Source: a virus | IMG/VR virus record: IMGVR_UViG_3300020055_000005 | Coordinates: 87,190 to 151,189 of that record | Direction: 5' to 3' (one strand) | Length of the DNA stretch: 64,000 bases | Shown here: one piece after another, positions 56,537 through 64,000 of the stretch | Layout: the number at the start of each line of letters is the position of its first letter | How positions within the stretch are numbered: position 1 is the first letter of the stretch | Made by a program: the position numbers and the translations under genes | Notes under the pieces: generated by a model | What the model saw: the letters and a program-made list of their open reading frames with translations, nothing else | The model's database searches: none | Told to the model about the DNA's origin: nothing

Positions 56537-56927
56537 TATCTGAACCACCTTTGTTCATTCTTTTTCTCAATTCACGTAATTGTTTATCAGATAGTAGATT
56601 GACATAATCTTTGGCTTCTTTTGTTGATATCTGATAATACTCTTTTACGGTATCGATTTTCTTACTAATGTAGGGTTTCTCCCACTTGGAAAATCTATTA
56701 CGTTTTCTCAAAGTATTTAGGAAAAACAGGTACTGAAGACGGTTGTCCAAACCGTGATGACAGTTCATTTCATTAGTAAGTAAGATTGAATCTTGGTGGT
56801 AAGATAAGGCCTTATTTGCAAGAAATGGTTGATATGATTTCTCTTCAACTTCATCTACCATGATATCTTTCTTGGTAGATGAAACTGATTTTACGAAATC
56901 AAATGGATTGGTTTTGGTATTAGGCAT
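56529..56927 (-). CDS. gp62: Clamp loader small subunit
   Basis: Y.PF..N..LS...D...NEMN; synteny. Confidence 0.93.
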   Translation of the reverse strand: MPNTKTNPFDFVKSVSSTKKDIMVDEVEEKSYQPFLANKALSYHQDSILLTNEMNCHHGLDNRLQYLFFLNTLRKRNRFSKWEKPYISKKIDTVKEYYQISTKEAKDYVNLLSDKQLRELRKRMNKGGSDNG

Positions 56928-57222
56928 TCATTAAACGTTGTTCAGGACTTGGTTGAACTTTTCTTGTATATGCATCAATCAATGCATCACCTTTTAGTTC
57001 TTCACCAAAGTATACAACACTGCCATCTGATAGTGTACGTTTAACTAGACCACTGTTGTATTGGATATCTGTGACCATTTTACCATCTTCAGTATCCTGA
57101 GGTCTAGTGTCATACCACATTGAATTTAAACTGTGGATATGCAGTGCAGTGAAAGACGTTGCCCATACTTCTGCTTCTAAAAGTAGTCTTTGTCTCTCAA
57201 CTTGATCTTCATATTGTGTCAT
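56920..57222 (-). CDS. Hypothetical protein inserted between gp44 and gp62
   Basis: AAGGAG SD. Confidence 0.7.
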   Translation of the reverse strand: MTQYEDQVERQRLLLEAEVWATSFTALHIHSLNSMWYDTRPQDTEDGKMVTDIQYNSGLVKRTLSDGSVVYFGEELKGDALIDAYTRKVQPSPEQRLMNA

Positions 57223-57224
57223 AA

Positions 57225-58169
57225 TTACTCCTTAAATTTACACTCCGACATAATCTCAGTCAAACATGCGACAAAGTTTATCTCAGAGTCCATAGCAAAT
57301 GCAGACTTGTATTGATAGTCTGCGATCAACAAGACTGCAGCTGGTATAGATTGTGGTTCCAATGACACTTCAAGTGCATTGAAAAGTTTTCTATACAGAG
57401 TGTTGAAGTCGTTGTCAGAATTTTGACCAACCCACTTTCTCATTCCACTCCAATTCTTGTCTTTAATCATATTAATTAATGGGGTAAGTTTTTCCTCATT
57501 AAGTGTCGATAACAATCCAGTATCGATTTCACCACTAACACCATAACGTTGTACTTCATTGATGCAACGTCTAAAGTCAGGGAAGAATTTGAGTATCAGT
57601 TCTACTAAAACCTTTTCATCAAACTTGATACTCTCTGCATCACAAATCTCTTTGAGTCTTCCAAGGAATTGTCCTGCAAGTGTTTGTTTATCTGTAGGTG
57701 TAAGTGTAAAGTCAATGACCGTTGTTCTTGAATGTAGTGGTGGAATAATCCTGTTCTTGTAGTTACAGGTGAATATGAATCTACAGTTAGAAGAGAACTC
57801 TTCGATAAAGTTTCTCAATGCAGGTTGCACTGAATCTGCAGAAATGTAATCTGCCTCATCTAGTATTACAACCTTAGAACCACCACCAAGTGATACTGTA
57901 GATGCAAAGTTTTTGATTTTAGTTCTGAGTGTATCAATCAATCGTCCTTCGTCGGAACCATTGATAACAATGTAGTCTGCACCTAGTTCATTACATAGTG
58001 CCTTCGCAACTGTAGTCTTACCCACACCTGCAGAACCACATAACATGAGGTTAGGTACCTCACCTTGTTTTACAAACTCTTTGAAAGTGTCTTTAAGTCT
58101 TTGAGGAAGTATTGTGTCCTCAATGTTCTGAGGACGATACTTTTCTACGTATAAAAATTCTGTAGTCAT
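57225..58169 (-). CDS. gp44: Clamp loader large subunit
   Basis: EKYRP, GVGKTT, DEAD, PDFRR. Confidence 0.97.
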   Translation of the reverse strand: MTTEFLYVEKYRPQNIEDTILPQRLKDTFKEFVKQGEVPNLMLCGSAGVGKTTVAKALCNELGADYIVINGSDEGRLIDTLRTKIKNFASTVSLGGGSKVVILDEADYISADSVQPALRNFIEEFSSNCRFIFTCNYKNRIIPPLHSRTTVIDFTLTPTDKQTLAGQFLGRLKEICDAESIKFDEKVLVELILKFFPDFRRCINEVQRYGVSGEIDTGLLSTLNEEKLTPLINMIKDKNWSGMRKWVGQNSDNDFNTLYRKLFNALEVSLEPQSIPAAVLLIADYQYKSAFAMDSEINFVACLTEIMSECKFKE

Positions 58170-58283
58170 AGGTGTAAACCCCCCACCGAGTTTACAGTGC
58201 TACCCACCCTTGAAGGATGATGAGATTGGATAGCTCCCGTAAGGTTTGCAGAGACTGGCACAATCCTTACAACATTATTTAGA

Positions 58284-58952
58284 TTAAACATTGTATTTTG
58301 AATCAGGTTCCAGTGCAATAAAATACTCTAAGTCAACATCTTTGTTCTTGAAGTTTGAAATACCCTTCGAAGAAACAAACACCTCATAGTTACCATCCAG
58401 TACTTTAAGGTTTTCAATTTTGAAATTCATGGTGTACTTAACACCATTTCCTTCACCTACAATCCTTGAGAATGTATTTGAAGTTGGATTCTTTTTATCT
58501 TTGACAGTAAATGTCACCTTGGTACCATCAGACTCTAACACTAGGTCATTGACACCTAAGACACTTGATGCCTTTTGTAACTCACCCAGTAGTGTCGATG
58601 ACACATCAACTTTGATTTCTGCATCAGGCATTGTGATCATCTTCTCAGGTGATACAACCATACCTTCACTTGCATAGAAGTAAGACATAGTTGAGTTATT
58701 GTCTGCAACAGTCAAACTTGCATCACCAAACTGAAAGTCAGGGTCTTCTAATAAAGAAGTTGCACCTAGAAACTCAGGTAAGTTATAGATACTAAAATCC
58801 TTAGGAAAGGATTCATTCACTGTCGCAACTGCAAGTATATTTTTCATGTTAGAAATGGTCTGCAGTTTTGAACCAGTTCCAACTTTAATACCACTGTTAA
58901 TAGTGGAAAAGTTTTTGAGGATATCCCTCGTATTATTACTAATCTTCATCAC
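58284..58952 (-). CDS. gp45: Sliding clamp
   Basis: LKNFSTIN, IYNLPEFL, YFIALE. Confidence 0.95.
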   Translation of the reverse strand: MMKISNNTRDILKNFSTINSGIKVGTGSKLQTISNMKNILAVATVNESFPKDFSIYNLPEFLGATSLLEDPDFQFGDASLTVADNNSTMSYFYASEGMVVSPEKMITMPDAEIKVDVSSTLLGELQKASSVLGVNDLVLESDGTKVTFTVKDKKNPTSNTFSRIVGEGNGVKYTMNFKIENLKVLDGNYEVFVSSKGISNFKNKDVDLEYFIALEPDSKYNV

Positions 58953-59236
58953 GATTTAGTCTCCTTATCATGCACATATAACATAAACAAAGCGTAGTGC
59001 AATACCTTCAGGATATCTGCTCTATTCTTCCCATCTTTTTTTCCGTATCGTTGTGCATATTTTAATATATTTCCGATACAAAAACCTTCACCATGTCCTG
59101 AGTCAATAATAAACTCAGTACTTTGGTACTTGTTCAAACTGTAATGTTGGTCGTAAGTCTTATCAATGTACTGAGAGAACTCCTTTAAGAGTTCTCCCTC
59201 ATTGTACTTGTAGTCGATTTTATTTTTCCCAAACAT
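58949..59236 (-). CDS. DUF3310-like phage protein
   Basis: HY...GFCIGNILKYAQRYGKK...D..K..HY. Confidence 0.8.
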   Translation of the reverse strand: MFGKNKIDYKYNEGELLKEFSQYIDKTYDQHYSLNKYQSTEFIIDSGHGEGFCIGNILKYAQRYGKKDGKNRADILKVLHYALFMLYVHDKETKS

Positions 59237-59237
59237 C

Positions 59238-60497
59238 TTAACCATTATACTCTGAAGAGTCTGATTCGTCAATAGGATTTTCTGAATCGTCTAGATTGAC
59301 CCCTGCATCAATCTTGGTGTAGAGGTCAAGGACTGCATTCCTAGTTTCTTCATCGAACCTAGAGATACACATTTGAATGGACTTGAGTTTGTCACCAAAC
59401 ATTCTGAATGCATTCACGATGTGAACCAACCTTCTAGTGGTGATGACATCATCAATCGCACCTTCGTAGAAGGTCTTTCTGATAACGTCTGCCCAGTCGA
59501 CAAGTTTCTCAACGAATTCTTGGTCAACCGAACCAGTCAATTCCATTTCCTTTGCAAGGATTTTTCTCTCAGTAGTCACTGGAGGATATTCTTGTTGCAT
59601 GGTAATTGCGAATCTCTCTAACATCGCCTCGTTCATGATTTGAGTTCCAATGAACTTTCCATCTTCTGAACCTTGACCTTTAGTGTTCGCAGTCGCAAGA
59701 ATAGTGAACCCTTCTGCAGGTGTCACCCACTCACCAGTTTTCTTGATGAGGTATCCTTTACCTTCAAGAACTGATTGTAAACACATCAACTTGTTAGAAC
59801 CCAAATCAACTTCATCTAAGAGAAGGACAGCACCTTTCCTCATCGCTTTGATCACAGGGCCTTCCCTGTAAACAATGTTACCGTTGACTAGAGTGTGACC
59901 ACCCATCAAATCATCCTCATCAGTTTCGATGGTGATGTTGACCCTGTAGAGTTCTCTCTTCAGTTGGGCACATACTTGTTCGATCATCAATGTTTTACCA
60001 TTACCTGAAAGACCAGTTACGAAAACTGGAAAGAAGATTTTGGAACTAATGATGTTTTTGACATCTTTGAAGTGTCCAAAAGGAACATAGTTCGACATCT
60101 TCTCAGGAATGATTTTGACATTGGGGTCAATCATATTCACTGACTCAGTTGCAGCCGCAACAGGCATGTTTGACACATTCTGTTGTGCAGGAACTGACAC
60201 TGGAACAGGAGCAGGTTTTGGAGCAACTGGAGCAACAACCGCTTCAGAGACCGAAGTCACTGGAGTCAGAATTGGTTGCAGGTTGAAAACCGAACCCTGT
60301 TTAAAGTTATACCTAGTATGTTTCACCCAGTAGGGGAAATGTCCTAGATTTTCGAAATCCTCTTTGGTAAAAGAGGTTTGGTTAGGATACTTCTTTTGAA
60401 GAGCATCCAAGAACTCCTTCCTATCAGGAGTGAAGTGGAAAGGTTTGCCGTCGATATTTATCGACTCAGACCTATCGTAAGAACGTTTATTCGCCAT
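59238..60497 (-). CDS. cobS: MoxR-type AAA+ ATPase (phage CobS-like)
   Basis: GLSGNGKT, LLLDEVD, ATANTKG, TRRL. Confidence 0.9.
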   Translation of the reverse strand: MANKRSYDRSESINIDGKPFHFTPDRKEFLDALQKKYPNQTSFTKEDFENLGHFPYWVKHTRYNFKQGSVFNLQPILTPVTSVSEAVVAPVAPKPAPVPVSVPAQQNVSNMPVAAATESVNMIDPNVKIIPEKMSNYVPFGHFKDVKNIISSKIFFPVFVTGLSGNGKTLMIEQVCAQLKRELYRVNITIETDEDDLMGGHTLVNGNIVYREGPVIKAMRKGAVLLLDEVDLGSNKLMCLQSVLEGKGYLIKKTGEWVTPAEGFTILATANTKGQGSEDGKFIGTQIMNEAMLERFAITMQQEYPPVTTERKILAKEMELTGSVDQEFVEKLVDWADVIRKTFYEGAIDDVITTRRLVHIVNAFRMFGDKLKSIQMCISRFDEETRNAVLDLYTKIDAGVNLDDSENPIDESDSSEYNG

Positions 60498-60578
60498 AAT
60501 TTTGTCTCCTATCAATTAACGTTTTATTTCTCATCATGTGTATATGCTAACAAAAAGTGAGGGGCATTGTCAAGCACT

Positions 60579-60860
60579 TTATTCAATAATTCTCAAAATT
60601 CTACCAACATCCTTCTCTATGGATACCATTCCACCCTCTTTTTTAGAGTAGGTTTCCATTGCACCATTGTTTACCCAAAATCTGAATGCCTTACACTCGA
60701 CACCCTCAGTTTTACACTTCTCGATATTTGGACACTCAAACTTCATGCATGGGGATGGCCCCACATCCATGATCGCATCTGCAAGTTTACTCATTGCATT
60801 AGAGGTGTTCATTGTACCAAAGTAATATTCTTGGTCAATTTGTATAGCGTCTCTAGCCAT
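60579..60860 (-). CDS. Small Cys-rich protein
   Basis: AAGGAG SD; four Cys. Confidence 0.65.
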   Translation of the reverse strand: MARDAIQIDQEYYFGTMNTSNAMSKLADAIMDVGPSPCMKFECPNIEKCKTEGVECKAFRFWVNNGAMETYSKKEGGMVSIEKDVGRILRIIE

Positions 60861-61029
60861 TTTCAAACTCCTTAGTCCATTCTTGAAACACGTGAAGTGC
60901 TTCACCTTTACTTAACCCAAAAGTTTCTTGAAGAAACTTAGGGGCACCAAACATATTCATCTGACCTGTTTCACGTATCTGATTCAGGACTTCAAAATAT
61001 TCACTCGCATCATAATTATCATACATCAT
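60853..61029 (-). CDS. Small helical protein (58 aa, not in ORF track)
   Basis: ...LNQIRETGQMNMFGAPKFL...; AAGGAG SD. Confidence 0.7.
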   Translation of the reverse strand: MMYDNYDASEYFEVLNQIRETGQMNMFGAPKFLQETFGLSKGEALHVFQEWTKEFENG

Positions 61030-63428
61030 GCAATCTCCTTTATAAATTCTGTGGTCAAGAATCTAGAAGTTGATTTTGACTTCTGATTCTTTTTGAACTT
61101 CGCAAGGATTGAAGTCTTCTTCGCACCAATCAATTCATCATCTAATTCGTCAGTACCCTGAGTACCCAATGCACTGGTTGAAGTGATGAAGAGTTTGTTG
61201 TATCCTTTCACCTTGTAAACTTTACCGTTCTTTCTAATCTCCAACCAATCGTCTTCATGTCTCCAAGAACCAGTGGCACAAGAAAGAACATTCATTGCAT
61301 CACCCTTGTTTCCACAAACAAAGTAACCAGTAACAGTGACACCAGTAGTATCTGAAATCCACTCTAAGAGGTTCTGAGTTGTATCGAATGAATCAGAACC
61401 ATAGTCCTTTGTGACACTATAAGTGTAAACTTTACCGTTATAAGGGTCAACCAACTGTCTTGTTTTTTTGCACCTCCATGAACTAGTGTCATCCATGTTT
61501 TCCATTTGTTCATTGATGTCACTAACCTCAGCATCTTTTTTGTAATAGAGGTCACCACTGTGAGAGTAACCATCAGTAATAATTGTGAGAATTGACTTCT
61601 CAATATTATACTGTTTGTTGAACTCAGGAAGAAGTTTTCTCAAGTAACCTATACATTGGTCAAGTGGAGTACCACCCAAGTTGTATGCATTAGGACAAGA
61701 GTAAGGAAGGTCAAGATACCCACCTGCATGTTCATGAACTGGTGAGAACCACTCATTGAAATCTGCAACATGTTTCTCATAGTTCCTCCAAGAGAAACTT
61801 CTAGTGAAGTGATCATTGAACAATGCACCCATTACAGTCAATGCAAGTTTATGATCTTTACTAGACATTTCATTGGATAACACTTCGATTAACTTAGGAT
61901 AGTTTCTGAAAATGTTACCTTCTTCTTTGTCCATGTAACCTGCATACACATCAGAGAACAGATACACTCTGAAGGGAATCTGAACTTTTTTACAGAACTC
62001 AGAAAGAATAAGTGTTTGTTCGATCAAGTCTTTGACTTCCCTTGAAATAGAACCTGACCAGTCAAGTAACACAGTGATACCATGGTTCTTACCATCAGGA
62101 AGATAGACTGCTCTTTTGAAAACATCATCTACGATCTGATACTTCGCAAGTCTATTCATGTCTAACTTACCAGTCTTACCAGTAAATGCATGGACACTTC
62201 TTTGTGCAGTTTGTCTCATGTCAAATTCTTTTGCCATGTGAGAGACAATGGTTTTGTTTTTATCAACCAGTTTCTTACCACTATGTTCTGCAAGTTTTTG
62301 AGAAAGAACTCTATCACTTCTAGAATATTCTTCTTTAGGATAGAAGAACTTGTTGAAATCTTCGATGACCTTTTTGTATGGGACAACCATGTCATCATTC
62401 TTCATGTTTGCGAATGCTTCTTTTAAAGAGAACTGAGAAATGACTTGATTCTCTTCTGAAAGAAACTGGTCTTCGTTGTTGTGAGCCGCATGTTCAGTCA
62501 GTGATTCTCTTGCACCATCTTCATCATCATACCCTTCACCACCTTCTCTACCAGTTTGGTTTTTAGTACCAGTGTCTTTGATTTGATCTTTAGGATTTTC
62601 TTCAGGAGTTGCATCAGATTCTGAAGTCTCAGTGTCTTCGTCTAAGTCTTCAACATCAGGAAGACTATCACCAGCAGAATCAGAAGTTCCTACCTCTTCT
62701 TCATCTTCTGATTCATCATCACCTGAACCACTATCAGAAGACTCATCACCTGAAGTGTCATCACCACCAAAGTCGTTGAAGTCATCTTCATCATCTTCGA
62801 ATTCATCTTCTGAAACATCATACTGATAAGAAGGAACGATTGATTCGTCATTCTCATCCCTAGTCTCGTTTTCTTTAGACCACTCGTAAATTTCGTTTGC
62901 AACTTCTACAACATCTTCCCAAGTCTTACAACCGTAAGCTTTATCAAGGAAGACTTGTTCTTCGTCAGTTAGTTTGATGTTGACCCTAGAACCAACTTTA
63001 GTAATCAAATTGATTTTGTCAATCAGTGAAAGTCCTTGAAGGTCTCTACCTTTAAGACCAAAGAAGTCCATTTCCATCAACTCATTATATGCAGAGTAGA
63101 AAGACTTCCTCAAACCTTGGAATTTGTTTTTAATATCTGACTCAATCCTCACGTCTTCGATAACGTTGAGGTAACCTTTTAGAGTCCTGTTTTCTTTAAG
63201 AGTGGAGTGTAATCCCTCGTATGGTGTATTCAATGCATGACCCACCTCATGACCCATGAACAAGTCATAGAGTTCAGGTGAGATATCTTCTTTGAAGATA
63301 GGACAAGCAAGTATCCTATTCTTAACATCAAAGTATGCAGTAGGGATTTTCTTGTGAACAACTGTAATGTCCTCTTGGGACATCAGTTTCGCAAGGGTAT
63401 CTTTTTGGTTTCTTAATTTCTCAGTCAT
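61026..63428 (-). CDS. CobT-like protein: HExxH domain, acidic linker, VWA domain
   Basis: HEVGH, EDVRIE, DWSGS, GGTPL, ITDG. Confidence 0.88.
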   Translation of the reverse strand: MTEKLRNQKDTLAKLMSQEDITVVHKKIPTAYFDVKNRILACPIFKEDISPELYDLFMGHEVGHALNTPYEGLHSTLKENRTLKGYLNVIEDVRIESDIKNKFQGLRKSFYSAYNELMEMDFFGLKGRDLQGLSLIDKINLITKVGSRVNIKLTDEEQVFLDKAYGCKTWEDVVEVANEIYEWSKENETRDENDESIVPSYQYDVSEDEFEDDEDDFNDFGGDDTSGDESSDSGSGDDESEDEEEVGTSDSAGDSLPDVEDLDEDTETSESDATPEENPKDQIKDTGTKNQTGREGGEGYDDEDGARESLTEHAAHNNEDQFLSEENQVISQFSLKEAFANMKNDDMVVPYKKVIEDFNKFFYPKEEYSRSDRVLSQKLAEHSGKKLVDKNKTIVSHMAKEFDMRQTAQRSVHAFTGKTGKLDMNRLAKYQIVDDVFKRAVYLPDGKNHGITVLLDWSGSISREVKDLIEQTLILSEFCKKVQIPFRVYLFSDVYAGYMDKEEGNIFRNYPKLIEVLSNEMSSKDHKLALTVMGALFNDHFTRSFSWRNYEKHVADFNEWFSPVHEHAGGYLDLPYSCPNAYNLGGTPLDQCIGYLRKLLPEFNKQYNIEKSILTIITDGYSHSGDLYYKKDAEVSDINEQMENMDDTSSWRCKKTRQLVDPYNGKVYTYSVTKDYGSDSFDTTQNLLEWISDTTGVTVTGYFVCGNKGDAMNVLSCATGSWRHEDDWLEIRKNGKVYKVKGYNKLFITSTSALGTQGTDELDDELIGAKKTSILAKFKKNQKSKSTSRFLTTEFIKEIA

Positions 63429-63460
63429 GTGTATATGCTATCAAAAAGTAGGGGGTATTG

Positions 63461-63655
63461 TCAAGCCCTACGTAACTCTATGAATTTCCTATAACTTTTA
63501 GAAAACAATTTGGATGGTTTCTTGAAGATTATCTCTTCTTTAGTACCAGTTTTGATGTATCCGACAAGGTGACCCTTCTCGTTTACCATGTAGGTGTGGT
63601 TAGGGGTATCCCCATCCCACTTCGTGATTTCTTTAAGATATTTGATCTTACCCAT
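63461..63655 (-). CDS. Hypothetical early protein
   Basis: PNHTY...FSKSYRKF. Confidence 0.7.
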   Translation of the reverse strand: MGKIKYLKEITKWDGDTPNHTYMVNEKGHLVGYIKTGTKEEIIFKKPSKLFSKSYRKFIELRRA

Positions 63656-63869
63656 GAGGACAACCAGCATCTACTACATCGTCCCACATTTGATCGATCA
63701 GAACTTCTCTTGCAAAGTCTATGATGTTGCAACCATGAGTTGACCCATCAAATTTTGCGACTTTTGAAATGTTTGCACCTTTTAGTGCCATGACTACATC
63801 TTTATCAGCCATGTCTGCGACATCTGATATGATGTTATCGATTATCGAATCGTTAACCCAATGTGACAT
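63648..63869 (-). CDS. Hypothetical early protein
   Basis: AAGGAG SD; TTGACA-18-TATACT promoter upstream. Confidence 0.75.
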   Translation of the reverse strand: MSHWVNDSIIDNIISDVADMADKDVVMALKGANISKVAKFDGSTHGCNIIDFAREVLIDQMWDDVVDAGCPHG

Positions 63870-64000
63870 AATTTACTCCTTATTTCTTATTTGATAGTAT
63901 AGTATACTAAAAAATGAGGAGCATTGTCAAGCGTTACATACGGAGTGTTACGTGGTCTCTATCTAGGTCTTTTGATGCTTGATCTATCATCATTTTATTG

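Noticed and set aside
62500-62860. TCA/TCT-rich low-complexity tract
   Set aside because: Encodes the usual acidic linker of CobT-like proteins; not a DNA repeat element

Overview
This is a 64-kb segment of an AT-rich T4-like myovirus genome, probably a marine phage of a heterotrophic proteobacterium; the host cannot be determined from this window. Almost all genes are on the minus strand. It carries the T4 replication core (gp45, gp44, gp62, regA, gp43, uvsX, gp41, gp61), nrdAB with glutaredoxin, a CobS/CobT-like pair, five tRNAs, lysis genes, several 2OG-Fe(II) oxygenases and other tailoring enzymes, and a ~10-kb block of probable capsid-packaged proteins. A ~14-kb insert between regA and gp43 holds a curli-like secretion module (CsgF, CsgG, two curlin-like proteins, a FecR-domain protein) directly coupled to a CHASE2 adenylate cyclase, plus hsp20, a peroxiredoxin and a DNA methyltransferase. 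The most notable signals not explained by the gene list are: (1) a 39-bp repeat / 23-bp spacer / 39-bp repeat mini-array downstream of a dual promoter, inside a long structured hsp20 leader; (2) systematic leaderless gene architecture at both early and late promoters; (3) a probable programmed -1 frameshift extending a lipoprotein; (4) several unannotated structured RNAs; (5) a ParB-like gene with a palindromic operator array; (6) a ligase/kinase/nucleotidyltransferase/phosphatase set beside the tRNAs. All calls come from reading sequence and motifs by eye; no searches were run.
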